A stretch of 64,000 nt of DNA, taken from the NCBI RefSeq assembly GCF_018350175.1, contig NC_058373.1, forward strand, positions 115,446,001 to 115,510,000, in the 5' to 3' direction. This document shows, in pieces, positions 49,500-62,029 of this stretch; the stretch's first letter is position 1, and each line of letters starts with the position of its first letter. The notes under the pieces were generated by a model. That model saw only the letters and a list, made by a program, of their open reading frames with translations. It had not been told where the DNA came from and ran no database searches. The translations under genes and the position numbers were made by a program. The stretch comes from Felis catus (Eukaryota).

Positions 49500-50270
49500 A
49501 TACCTGCGGAATGGGTAGGAGATGGCCGAGGCAAGGGGTCAGCAGAGGGAGAAGTGTTCTAAGCTACAGCCTAGAGTGAAGATGTAGCGGTGAGGAACGG
49601 TTCTAGAGGAACTGAAAGATGTTAGTGGGACTGAAATGCGTACTTAAAGGTGGCAGGAGCTGGGGGGTGACAGGAGGTAAGGGGAGAGTCTCAACTTCAT
49701 AAGGGCAGCAGAGAACCATGGAAGGGGTTCAGTCCAAGAAATGATAGGATTGGTTTTTGCTTCAAAAATGCATTCTGGCTGCAGTGTGGGGAAAAAAAAG
49801 ATAGCACACGAGCGAGGCAAGGTCCCCCCAGGAGGCTGTGGCAGGAGGCGACAGAGGCTTGAGTTAATGAAAGCACAGTGGGAGTGAAGGGAAGTGAGTG
49901 GTTTTGAGAAACATAGAGCCGCAGTTCTGGTGACCGAGTGGATATAGGGATGGAGGTTGCTTTGGGCAACTGGAGGGCGGGTCTGTTCACCGAGTTGGGC
50001 AACATGGAAGGATGAACAGAGCAGGCATAGGGGGATGGAGAAGACAACCGGTATGGATTGAACGTGTCAAGTTGGATGCATCTCAAGGACCAGTGGTTCT
50101 CTAAGTGCAGGCGAAGGGTCGGGGCTGAAGATGCCAACCTGGGTGACACCGATTTGCTTGAAATGGAAGCTTTGAAAAAAGCTGAGATTGCCCAGGGAGA
50201 AAACTTAAGGGCTTTTTCTGGCTCATAACCCTCGGTGAACCCAAAGGATAGCACAGGAAGTGGATGAATT
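49500..50270 (-). mobile_element. L2 fragment
   Basis: gaaccatggaaggggttcag...cattctggctgcagtgtgg...ttgggcaactggagg, purine-rich antisense L2 pattern. Boundaries approximate. Confidence 0.55.
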
Positions 50271-50449
50271 ACCGCCAAGTACCGTGTCTCGGGGCCTGCC
50301 CCCTCCGTAGCTGGTTCTGGCCCTCATTCTGGGGTGTGTGGCCCTGGGTGAGTGAGCTCATGGCTCTGGGCACTCCTGTCTGATTGAGGACGCCTCTCTG
50401 TGTTCCCATAGTACTCTGGGTCCCCAGGACACAGTGCAATGTCCTGGCT

Positions 50450-50635
50450 CAAACCCCGCCTCTGCCACAGACTGGCTCCTTCACCAAATGCAAATTACTC
50501 CACCACTCTGGAGTTTAGTTTCTTCATCTGTAAAATGGGAACAACCATGGTTATCTACCTCAAAGGACTGTTGTGCTGACTCAGTGGGACAGTGAGCGAA
50601 AACACTTATCACGGTGCCCGAGACAATGAAGGAAC
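50450..50635 (+). mobile_element. MIR
   Basis: agtttcttcatctgtaaaatggg...ctacctcaaagg core. Confidence 0.65.
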
Positions 50636-51429
50636 TGAATCGAAGTTCCACATTACTGTTCTTCTTCAGATTATTGCCTCGGTCAGCAGCACTTCTCACA
50701 CTGTGTTGCAGCTGACTTTTCTGATTCCCCCGTGGAGCCCTGGGTTGAGTCACCTCGGTTCTACCCCCAGCACGGTGCACGGTGCCATCAGATCCTTGTC
50801 GGACGAGTGAATGAATGAATGAATGAATGAGGGGCTTGCCCCCTGTGGTGACATCACGCTTTGACACCCGTGGGGTTTGTGCCCATTTTTCAGAGCATAG
50901 GCAGAGGACCAGTCTTGGAAAGAGACCACCCAGCATTAGCGTAGACCCGAGGCCCACCTAGGGGCATGTAAAGATCGAGGAGGGATGGACCCACAGGGAT
51001 CTGTAATGACTCTGCCCTCAGTCCCCTCTGGTCTACCCAGCACACAGATGCCAAGGGGAGGCCGAGTGTGGTGACCTCTTGGCCACAGAGCGGAGAGGGG
51101 CTTCCTAGGCTTTCTCTGAAGCCTTGCCAGGCCCCAGGTGTCTGCCACGGGACCTGAGGGAAGCACCCAGGAAAACTGTCACCTGGATTGTGGTATTTAG
51201 GGAGCACTGCTCCTCCTCAAGCCGGACTCAGCTGAGAACAGGCTTTAGTTTCAAGTTACCTTCACAGCTGTGCCCAGGGAGGCCCCTAGAGTGCAGCTGC
51301 CATCCTTCCTCACCCAACACCTTCGACCCTCCCCCTGAGCTCCCCACCCCGGAAGTGGGACAGAGAGGCCCGAGAGCTCTGCGGCCACCGCTGACCCTGA
51401 ATGCGCTGCCTGGTTGAAAGTATGGCTGG

Positions 51430-51665
51430 GGTGCCTGTGTCCGCGTGCGTGTTTCTGTGTGTGTCATGCATAGGCATGTCCGTGAGTGTCCCTGCAAGCA
51501 TGTCTGTGTGTGTGTGTGTGTGCAGGTGTCTGTGTGCATGTCTCCCTATGTGTGTACATGGTCTGTGCGTGTGCATGCATGTGTGCATGTCCGTACATGT
51601 GTCCCTCTGTGTGTGTGTGTGTGTGTCTGCGTACGAATGTAAGCAGGTCTCTGTGTGTGTGCGTC
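51430..51665. repeat. Degenerate (TG)n / TGCA low-complexity tract
   Basis: ~235 bp of interrupted alternating purine-pyrimidine sequence. Confidence 0.85.
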
Positions 51666-52029
51666 CTCAACCCATTTTGCAGTCGAGGAGTCTAGACGAG
51701 CCTAGAGAGGAATAGCACTTTGCTCGAGGTCAGAGGGCCCACGTGAGGTGGCATCATTGCTGGCATTTGGACCCAGCCTCAGGATTCCCCGGGCCGGAAT
51801 GCTGTCCCCTCCATGAGAAGGACCCCAGAGTGTTTGAAGGTGGTCCCTTGTGTGAGCAGGCCAGTTTTGCTTGCCTGAGGAAGGCCAAGGGAGACGAGAC
51901 CAGCGGTGAGTCCGGGAAAGCGGGGGAGCAGGCCCAGCTGGGGGTGACATGAGCAGGAGTAGAGGCTGCTGGGCCCGGGGCACCACCTTCGAACTCGGGG
52001 CAGGGAGACCCGTAGCTTCTGGGGGTGAG

Positions 52030-52240
52030 AGCAGAGGCTCTGAGGGCAACCTGACCTAGCTTTTAATCCCAGCCCTGCCGCTCGCTAGCTCTGGAACCTC
52101 TGAGCCTCAGTTTCCTCGTCTGCAAAATGGAGATGATAGCATCTACCTCCTAGATTGGGTGCGAAGGTTTAACAAGATGGTGCATGTGAGGAACTTAGCC
52201 CAGTGACCCGGTTCGTAGTGAACGCGCAAAAGAAATTGCT
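52030..52240 (+). mobile_element. MIR
   Basis: ctctgagcctcagtttcctcgtctgcaaaatggagatgatagcatctacctc core. Confidence 0.7.
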
Positions 52241-53948
52241 AGTAGTGGACGAACACACCCAGGGGCTGAAGGCAGCGTCCCTGGGTCGCTCTGCTCTGGA
52301 GAGCCCCAGAAAAGTCGCTTGGGCCGAAGGTATGTGGGGAATGAGCCCCTGCATTGGTCATCTGGTGTCATGCGGTGCCCTCTGGTGGGCCGAGAGAGGC
52401 TTGCAGGCTAGGTGGGGGGCTCCCGGGGGCTGGGGGAGTGCACGAAGTATAGGGTTGAGTGTGGCTTTGGGTCCGAGGGTCCGCATTTCCTCAGTTTGTA
52501 AAACATCTTCATCAGGATTATCGTCCCCGCCCTGCATCAGTACAGGCAGCGTGGAGACTAGTTCCTCCGTTGGTGAAAAAATCCCAGCCCTCCCTTGGAA
52601 TTGCCCAAGGATGCCGCCTGCCCTGGGTTCAAGCTTTTTCTGTCCCCTGCCCTCCTCGGTGGTTCAAAGCACAGTCCTGGGAGAAGGTAGCCAGGTCCGA
52701 GTTTGCTTCACCACGTAAAAGCTGTGTCGTCTCCGAGCCACAGCTCTGCTGTCATACGATGGAGACAACGTGGTCATTTTATAACAATCGTATAAAATTG
52801 CCTCGAGGAGTAAGCCATGTGATGTAGGCAAAGCATTAGTGCCGGGAGCCTCCACAAGCCAGGCCTGGACACCAGGGGCCCTGCACTTCTCAGCTCGGCG
52901 GGCGGCACGATTAGAGGGCCCTCCTTCTCTGTGGGAATCTTTCTGCTGCTGGGCCGAGTGGATGAGCGATGGGATTCAGAGCCAGGCCGGATCCTGTCAC
53001 TGCCCACCTGCCTGCCCTGGGCCCGCCACTCCCTCTCCAGGCTGGTTTCCTCACCTGTCAAATCAGACATACCAGCATCTACCCACCCCACCCTGGGTTG
53101 TGTCACTTTCTCAGGGCTTAGGAATGGTAGCAAAACCGGGGGCGGGAGCATTGAGCTGTGGGTTCGCGTGACCGGCTGGGTGGGCGCGGGTCCCCTCAGC
53201 ACTTCATGCTCTTCAAAGTCCTTTCTCCACTTCATGAATTCAGTCAGCCCTCAAGGCGATCCTGTCAGAGGCAGAGCAGAGGCAGCACAGCCGTGGCCCC
53301 GATTCCCAGTCTGTAGACTGACCCAGTGGCGTTGAGGTACATGCACAAAGTCACGCGGCCTCCAGGGGTCACGCAGAGCTGGCCCAGTTCTTGGTGCATC
53401 CGCCTCTCAGCTCCCACTCCTCCTCGAGGAGACCTGGGCCCTGCAGAAGCCTCCAAGATCCATAAGCCCCCAGTGGGGCAGAGTGGGCGTTAGCAGGGGG
53501 AGGCTTGGGCCTTGGCTAAGTCCCTCAGTTGCTGCAAGCCTCAGTTTCTAGATCATGAGGCTGGACCACATGGTCACGGCCAAGATTCTCTCCACCCTGA
53601 TGTTCTGTGACCTGGAGAACCAGGACCCAAGAAGCTTATGCTGATGTCCCTCAGCACCAAAGCCCTCTTAGCTAATAGTTGGGATTTCAGAGAGATACCC
53701 CAACAAGGGCCTGGCCTTTTGGAAAAGCGACTCTGTTTAAAGGTGCTGGCCAGCAGTGGTTTCACCCGGGCAGAAGAGGGCTACCAATACCCCCAGAGCG
53801 GGAGGCACGGCCACACAACCTCTGGCTCTTTCTCGAGTCCGTTCCTTATTCAGGGGGTTGCAGGAGACAGGCACCCAGGTAGAAAGGAAGCCCCACCAGT
53901 TCTCGGGGCCAAGGCCACTTGAGTGTTGTATGTTCCTGTTTGTTGCAG

Positions 53949-54002
53949 GTGGTAGTGTTGGCAGCTTCCCCCAGGAAAAATGAGCAGGTCCAAACCGATT
54001 CA
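53949..54002 (+). pseudogene. SMOC1: Disabled SMOC1 cassette exon (54 bp): GGSVGSFPQEK*AGPNRF
   Basis: Good acceptor (ttcctgtttgttgcag). In frame after exon 11. Resembles the recalled mouse C-terminal insert GGSLGSFPQGKRAGTNPF. TGA at 53981-53983. The donor position reads GGAAGT instead of GTAAGT. Confidence 0.8.
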
Positions 54003-54298
54003 GGAAGTTGTCTTCTTTTTGGGGTCCCCGCCACGGGCCCCCTAAATGCAGCGTTGTAGTACAGCAGGAGTGGAGGAATCGGCCAAGTAACTTTGGCTCC
54101 CATTTTCTTTCTTCTTCTTTTTTTTTTTTTTTTTTTTTTTGTGCCGAGAACAAAGAGAAGGATTGGTTAGCACTACAAGGGTCCTGCTGTCCCCACCTGT
54201 AAGCCCACCGCTGCCACTCCCAGGTTGGGAGTAGTTGATGCGTGTCGTTGGGTTCCTCGGAAACCTACCTCTAACTCCTTGCTTATTCCCTTTCCCAG

Positions 54299-54315
54299 TA
54301 GGACGCCTCGTCTAA
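54299..54315 (+). CDS. SMOC1: SMOC1 terminal coding exon 12: (V)GRLV*, tandem CAG/TAG acceptor with starts at 54299 or 54302
   Basis: ttattccctttcccag|tag|gacgcctcgtctaa, with a branch-point-like ctctaac upstream. Gives the known SMOC1 C-termini EVGRLV or EGRLV. Confidence 0.95.
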
Positions 54316-56412
54316 GGAGTGGAAAACCAATGGGCAGGTGGAGAGACCAGGGAGGCAGGACGGACCATCCAGACCATCCGACACACCTAACCTTCACCGA
54401 TTCCGCGACGCCCCCCCTCCCCCTTCCCCGCCCGCCCCGGCCCAGCCACATCCCATGTAACATAAGTGGTGCCCACCATGTTTGCACTTTTGATAACTCC
54501 CATTTGCGTGTTTTCTTTTTGGTTTCATTTTTAAATACCAATATCTAATACCACAGTGGGAAAAGGAAAGGGAAAAAGACTGTTTATTCTCTCTCTTATT
54601 GTACGTTTTTGGATCTGCTACTGACAACTTTGAGGGGTTTTTTTTTTGGGTGGGGGGGGAAGGTGTTTGTTGCTGGGACTGAGAAGAAAGAGATTTATAT
54701 ACTGTACATAAATATATATGTAAATTGTATAGTTCTTTTGTACAGGTGTTGGCATTGCTGTTTGTTTATTCCACCCCCTTCCCTGCTCTTGCTGTGGGGC
54801 TCCGGACACACGGCCCGGCTTTCTAGAACCCAGAACTGCATCCCCAGCCACGCCGGAGACCGACCCCTGTGTGCATGGAGATGGGAGCCCTGTGATCGTA
54901 TTGTAGACTCCATGGGGTCTTTTCTGGTGGGAGGAGGGCACTGCCCCTTGATTTAGCTGTCAGATTTGGCAAGTCACTGGGAGGCTGGCCTTCTCAAGGG
55001 AGGTTGGGCTGGGAGGCAGGTGGGAGTTGCCCCTGGAGGGCAGGCAGTAGCCAGCACTGGCGTCAATTCCCCCCTGCTCACATGTTCCTGCTCTCCAGAC
55101 CGTCGGGTGGCCCAGAATCCACCCGTGGGCACACCAGTATCCTCATGACCCACCGAGCAAATGACCCTCAGACCATTTGCATGAAGCCACTTGAAACATT
55201 TTCACCTACGTTCAGCATCTACTCTGTAAAGCAGGAGAGGGGAGGCAAAGAAGAAAAAGACACACAGTGGGGCCTTCTATTTAGTCGATTTTTGACAATT
55301 TTAAGCAGTGGAGGGAAGAGGACAGAAGGCCCACACTGATGAGTGCAGTGCCAGCCTCCTGCAAATGCATGAGTGAGGCTTCCCAAGACAGACTCTCAGC
55401 AGCGAGGTCAGACCGGGGCTTCCCATCCATTCTCTATCTCCCCTGCCATCTTGTCCTCAGTGGTTACCACAAGCTGGAGGGGGGAGCCCAGAGAGCCACC
55501 TTGTTGGTAAACTCAATGGTTTATTTGGTTTTTAACCCAATACTGAAGTTCTTCCTGTTTCTCAAGCTCTTCTAAGGGCTCCCAGGCTCAAGGCCAATTC
55601 CAGAGCAAAACTAATCTCGGGCCGCCTGCCTCTGCCTCTTGTAGAAGTGCAGGGATAATAGCCCAGCTAGGAGGAAATGAGGCCTAGCTTTCTGCAGACA
55701 TTTTACTGGGATTCCATTGTGGGCTGTCCAGCCTTCCTCTGGCCTGGTGGCTGCACCCATTCAGACAGCTGTCACACAGAGGGCAAGTGACATTTAGCCT
55801 CTCTTCCCATGAGCAGCCATGGTGGCCTCGAAGGAAGGCAGGTAGCCCAAGACTGATGCCCCTGTTGGATTGCCCCTCTCATATCCCAGCCAGCATTCCC
55901 ATGTGTGCCCACCTCGGCGGACTGTGTACCCCAATTTGGGTCTGGAAGGCATTGGCATCGTAAGCACTGGCCCACTCAAGGCCGTGCTCAGGGAGGGCCT
56001 GGAGCGGGGAGTGCACCTTCTCAAGACATGCTCTGGTGGGGCCTCAGGCCAGAGAAGGTTCTTGCTATCATGGAGAAAATCCTAGACGGTATCTCAGGGG
56101 TGACTGGAGGCCCCATCCCAACATGGTAGGGAGGAAAGGAAACCCCACCATCCCCCTTGGCCTGGACCAGATGACTTGGTGTGCTGGAGCTAGATCGACC
56201 TTCCTCAATGCCCCGGCCCCTTTCCCGGGCCTAGAGGAAGCATGAAAACACAGAGGGGGTGCCTCCCTGTGGAAATTCAGAACCCACCCACCCAAACCTG
56301 CCATCTTCTCTCTCACACACGTGTAGGCTGTGTTGTGTGGCTTTCGTTTGTGAGGAGGGAAGGAGACTATTTGTAGCTGGTTTTATAAAAAAATAAAAAT
56401 GGGTAAACCTTG
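54316..56412 (+). other. SMOC1: SMOC1 3' UTR (~2.1 kb; 3' end approximate)
   Basis: Runs from the TAA stop to ~15 nt past AATAAA. Repeat-poor, with U-rich blocks. Confidence 0.75.
56392..56397 (+). terminator. Polyadenylation signal AATAAA
   Basis: Canonical hexamer followed by GU/U-rich downstream sequence (gttgcctctttctttgg). Confidence 0.75.
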
Positions 56413-57498
56413 GTAGCCGTTGCCTCTTTCTTTGGGGGGCTTACTCTGATGGGAAGATTGCTTTCTCTTAAAAGTTTTGTGTTTTCCCTGGTCCAGGTGC
56501 CCTCACTCTGATCCTAGGAGGTCCGAGTTGTCAGACTAGAAGGGAACCCTCGAGTGGCTACGAGGTGCCCCCACGCTTTGCCGTGAGGACGTTGACCGGT
56601 CCCTTTGGCCCTCGCTTACCATGTTTGTGATCTCTGCGGTTCTCCCTCTTACCTCCTCAGACAGCTGCCCCCACAAACCCTCACTGGAACATAGTGAATG
56701 TTGCTGGCCGTGCTTCAGAGGCAAGGCTCGGGGGGGAAACCTGCCTTGTGGCTTCAGGCTGGTGGAGGTGGGCACCTCGGCCATAATCCCCATCTTAAGA
56801 CCCCAGGTGGGAAGCAGCTGTGGACAGGGTGCAGCCCCCCAAAGGGGTGCATGCTGTCTCTGCCCCAGTTTGATGGGGGTACATATTCAGGCAGAGGCTG
56901 CTAGTCTGGTTCACATTGCTGGAGGGCTTCAGGGTGGGGACTGGCGGCCAAAGTGAGGCTTTAGATTTTCTCCGATGCTACTGGTATCTCTTTCTTTTGC
57001 CCCCTCTCCCCGTGCACCGCTGTGCCTGGAAATGGTTTCCCCACCACCCTCTGAGAAACTCCCCAAGGTTTCTTTTGCCACACCCCATCCCTTTGTCCTT
57101 TGTAGGCGAACAGAGGACAATTCCTCTCGAAAATTCTCGCCTAACCCTCTCTGCAGCTAAGTGTTCCTGGGAAAGGGTCTAAGCCCTTCAATGTTGTCAC
57201 ACAGGTTTAGTGCTGACACTGTGTCTCCAGGCTCTCTCCAGGCTCCAGAGCTCCCTGTGTCTACAGGCCCTGCTATACCTAATGCCACAGCCCAGTGATA
57301 CGTATGTCTTTCTCCCCATTTCACAGGATTCAGACTCAGGAGTCCAGTGACTTACTGGTGGCACCCACCCTCAGATTTTTCTGCCCACTGCCGCCTCCTT
57401 CCTCGAGGAGCTAGAATAGCCACCTCTCTCCCCTCCCATCCAGCTCAGACCCCAGGTGCTTGCATTCAGCTGCGAGTGCAGTTTTTCTCTGAGCAGTT

Positions 57499-57733
57499 AA
57501 AAACTTAAAAAAAAATTTTTTTTTAATGTTTGTTTAATTTTGAGGGGGAGAGAGAGAGAGAGAGAGTGAGCAGGGGAGGGGCAGAGAGAGAGAGGGAGAC
57601 ACAGAATCTGAAGCAGGCTCCAGGCTCTGAGCTGTCAGCACAGAGCCCGATGCGGGGCTCGAACTCACGAGCCGCAAGATCACGACCTGAGCCGAAGTTG
57701 AACACGCAACCAACAAAGCCACCCAGGCACCCC
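57499..57733 (-). mobile_element. SINEC (felid type)
   Basis: Full body with TSD tctctgagcagtt. Confidence 0.94.
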
Positions 57734-58666
57734 TCTCTGAGCAGTTTAGAGTCATGTTAAAAGCCTACTGGTTTGCAGAGGCCTATCATATGCTTCAGGG
57801 ATTGGGAGGAGAGAAAGAAGGGGGGCATTGGGCCACGCAGGACATCAGTGGGAGACTTGGGGCAGACCTAGCCTCCAGCAAAGATGCCCAGCGTGGCGTG
57901 GGAGAGGACGGGCCCGAGCTCAGAGCTGAGTGCAGGGCCAGCCTGCAGCCCCATTCGGCCTTCCTCTGTTCTCTCCGAGGACAGGAGGGCCATCACCAGT
58001 AGCAGTCAAGGAAAAGACGGATCCATCCTGTTTCTTCCTTCACCAAGAGGCTCCTGAGCCATGCCTAGCCTCTACAGGGAGGGAAGGGTTGAGGACATTT
58101 TCAGTCGGGATGTGGGCCTGTGCTCGCATCAGAGGAGGGGCCTCCGGATGGGTACCCACCCTTGGTTCTCTGGGGGTCCGGGGGGGGATGGGAAGCTGGC
58201 AGCACCCACTGCCTTATACAAAAAAACCCAGAAAGAGCCAGACTGATCATCTGGCCTTTTACTCCCAAGTTCCCGAATGACCCACATAAAGCCACCAGTG
58301 GGGTTGAAGACCTTTGGGGCACTCCCATCATCTGCCCTGTGGCACTTCCCTCTTTTTCCATTATTCAGGCGGGGACGTGAAACTTGACCTTTTTCGCGCA
58401 GTGCCACCAAATCAACCCCTCACCCCTACGGCCTGGGTCACTGGTCCCCTTTGTGTGACTTCCATGAATTGATACAGAGAAGGGTCATGACCTTGGTTAT
58501 ACGCCTGCCACTAAGTATGTCCGTGCTTGCTGGTAAGTGCCCAGAGTAGAATTAGAAACATTTAGCGAACAACCTGGTGAGTTTCACAGTGCAGATTATC
58601 TTTGTGTTTTCTTTTCTATGTTGATTAAACATTTGCAATTCCTACATTGTCCAAGAAGAAAAAGAC

Positions 58667-58856
58667 TTTTTTTTTTTTTAATTTTAGAGAGTGATGGACA
58701 GAGGGAGAGAGAGAGAGGGAGGGAGAGGGAGAGAGAATCACAAGCAGGCCCCTTGCTCAGCTGGGAGCCCAACGTGAGGCTTGATCCCACGGCCCTGGGA
58801 TCATGACCTGAGCTGAAATCAAGAGTCAGATGCTCAACTGACTGAGCCACCCAGGC
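58667..58856 (-). mobile_element. SINEC (older subfamily)
   Basis: T tail, GA-rich segment, gatcatgacctgagctgaaatcaagagtc...gagccacccagg. Confidence 0.9.
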
Positions 58857-59510
58857 TCATTTTATGCATTTTGTGTCCACTGCTCTGATAGATCACATTT
58901 ATGGTTTAGTACAAATGTGCCTTCCCTTCTGGGAACCTCCTGGTTACTTCGCTTCTTTATAAGCCCAGTTCTGTCCATTACAAACTTCAATCTCCGGCTT
59001 GATCTAGATCCTTCTCCCCCCACCCCCGCCCTGGCACACTCTTGAGCGGGCACCCTGACTTCTGGGAGGAGATCGGGGGCTACGCTCAGGCTCTGAGACA
59101 ACCCCTCCTCTGCCTTCTCATGACTCCGCTCTTCCGAGTGATGGGGCCATGGAGAGAGCGGAAACCATGACAACAGTCACGTTCCCCTCTGTTCACTGTG
59201 GAGGCCTCACAGATTAGCATGGACGGCCGTGTGGTAGGTGCCACAATGCTGGCTCTTGTAGGGGGCCCAAGGCAGCTCCTCGAGTGGGGCCTCCCCACCA
59301 CGTAGGGCCTTTCTGTGGGAAATTCAGCCCAGACTTGACCTCTTCTATACTTCCCCACACCCACTTCGTTCTAAGGAGCCTGCCTGCCTTTGGTTTTGTA
59401 TCTGTGATATGGCTTGTGCCTGGCTCCCTTCTGGGATGTCCATTCACCCTTGAGAAACGCACACATCATTGTGCGGTGCGGGGGGATCCTCAGTGCCTCC
59501 CGTCTTGGCT

Positions 59511-59583
59511 CTGCCTCTCTCCCACCTCCCTCCTGCGTCTCTCCCACCCCCTCCCCTGCCTCTCTCCCACCTCCCCCCTGCCT
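59511..59583. repeat. 22-23 bp pyrimidine-rich minisatellite, 3 copies
   Basis: ctgc(c/g)tctctcccacc(t/c)cc.. three times. Confidence 0.85.
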
Positions 59584-62029
59584 GGCTGCAGCAGGTTGGG
59601 GAGGCTGGTCAGCAAGTCTGCTGCATCACAGACGTCCAGTTGCAAAACGAGGTGTCAGTGGCCTAAATCTCCGGAAGCAGTTCTCTCTGAGTCTCCCAGC
59701 TTCTTCGGCTTCACGGAGAGGAGAAGAAGCAATGTAGTGATTCCTGGCCCGCTCCCTCCTGGCTCTTCCCCAACCTTCTTGTATGGATTGGAGTGGGGAA
59801 TGGTGGCCAAGTGCAGAGCTATTTCAAGTGTTATGCTCCCTTTGGGGAGGGTGTCAGGCCCCAGCTGTCGCTGTTTAGGGTATGGGATACTTAGCATCTT
59901 TTTTCCTAGTTTGGACCCTAATCAGTAATTCTGGGGAAATAGAGATGTCCCTCGTCAAAGTCCTGTTATTGTGGGTCGAGGGATAAATGCAAGAGAAGAT
60001 CCCAGAGAGAATCCCCCAGTAGCTCCAACCCCAGGACCAGGGACCACTGGGCTCCCATCATCAGTGACCGCTAGTGGGCCTGCTGTCCCAGACAGTCCTT
60101 TAGGGTGTCTACCCCGAGGCCAGCTAGGACCCCTGGGGACCCACTCATCTCCACTCCTCACACTGCCCTCTGGGCTGTGTAAAACCATGGCCAACATTCC
60201 CACAAGTGACCCCCTGCAATGCTGACACAGTGGAAGCAGTTGGATCTCTTTAAGGGGGGTCCTTTTAGACATGTGACTTGTAACTGCAAGAGGGAGCCCC
60301 AGTCTTTTCAGTTTTTCCAGGCTCCCCGCTGCCCAGTGTTCAGCGATTCTTTCCTTTAGGCGGACCTCCTCCCTGTTAGAGACAGGAACTCTGCTCTCTG
60401 GAGACCCAGGTAGAGCAGTGCTGGGCTGAGTGGACTCCAGGACGGTTGAGCTGACCTCCCTGAACACAAGTCCCTTCAAAACCCTCAACTGGGCGTGGGA
60501 CGGGCCCGGTGGGGACCAGGATGCCGCATAGCCAGAGAGCAGAGCAGGACTACAGGCTGGCTGCAGGAGGGCGGGAAAGCTTTGCAGCATTATCCTGGAG
60601 GGGGGCGGCGATGGGGCATCAGATGATGAAGAGGACCCCAGGGCAGCAGCGAATGCCCCGCTGAGGTGAGAGAGTAGGGGTCTGCGTGGTCCTAGACAGC
60701 TGTGATGTTAATTCCCAGGCGCCTCCGGATGAGTTCTGGACCGAGAGTCAGAAGATCAGCTTCTCATCTGCTTTAGCCACTGCACCCCCACCTTTGGCTT
60801 TGGGTAGCTCCCTTCACCTTCACAGACCTGGATTCCTTCTGCCCGGGCTCCGTGCTCCATTGCACCAGTAAGCTGGTCTTGCATCCAAGGCTCATGTGTT
60901 TCAGGGGCGGGGGAGGCACCCACCGAGAGGGGAGGGGTCCAGACAGGCTGAGGGCCAACAGAGACAAGAGGGGCTAGGGCCCCTCAGCAAGTGGGGCGGC
61001 TGTGAGAAGGGGATCCACATTAAGGGGCCCGTTAGCAGGGAAGGAAGAAGAAAATGAAGACAGGAGATGTGCATGCTTAGGGAGGAGATAAGATGCAGAC
61101 GGAACAAGAGGTAAAGATGTACAGAAGAAAGGCAGGGAGTAGTCAGAGGAGGGGCTGAGAGAGGCTGGCAGGCTGGCCCCAGGAGAAAAGCCTGGGAGGG
61201 GGGATGAAAGGCATGGTGGGGGTGGAGGAAGAGGGGTGGGAGGAACGAGGCACCTCCAACTGGAAAAACAAACTAGAAATAGGCTAAGGTGTTGCCCCCG
61301 CTAGGCTGTTGGTGTTTGAGGTTTTCGCATTTGTGACTAGAAGGCTTGCAGGGCCGTGTGTGGGCTATTTTCAGTCCGGAATAGATGCTCAGGAGAGTTG
61401 TGACTGCGCTTGAAATCTGCTACTGAGATTGTCCCTGTCTCAGACTCCGGCCCGGGTGTCTGCAGAGTCCAGGCTCCTAGACACCTCCCCTTGGGTGCCC
61501 CACAGACCCCCAAAACTCAATATGCTTAAAACTGGACACATCATCCCTACCCACCTCTCACTGGTGCTGGACACAGTCCCTCCCTAAGCCTGGCACCCTA
61601 GAGCCCTCTGTGCCTCCTCCTTTCACTGCCCTTCCTTCCCTGTCTCTTCAGTCACCATGTCCTGTAAATCGTCCCCCCACTAAGTCTCTGTGCCTTCCTT
61701 CCCACACTGCCACCATTCCATCTGCTTCCTGCAGGAGTCCCTAGCTGTGAGTCGCCTCTGGTCTCTACCCACTCCCCACCTCTGGGACTGAGTTAAGTGA
61801 AAGGCAAATCAGATCATGTTACTCACCTTTTTAGAGTCCCTCAGTGTGTGTGTGTGTGGGGGGGGGGTAGACACCAAATTGTGTCCCCAAACATTCAAGT
61901 ATTGAAGCCTTAACTTCCAATGTGACTGTATTTGAAGATGGACCCTTAAAGGAGGTAATTAAGGTAAATGAGGTCAGAAAGGTGCGACTCTGATCCAATA
62001 GTACTGGTGTCCTTATAAGAAGAGGAAGA

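Noticed and set aside
59284..60590. 214-aa (+) and 211-aa (-) ORFs downstream of SMOC1, as a new gene or the neighbouring SLC8A3
   Set aside because: No similarity to any protein I recognise, including Na/Ca exchangers. One ORF crosses a minisatellite.
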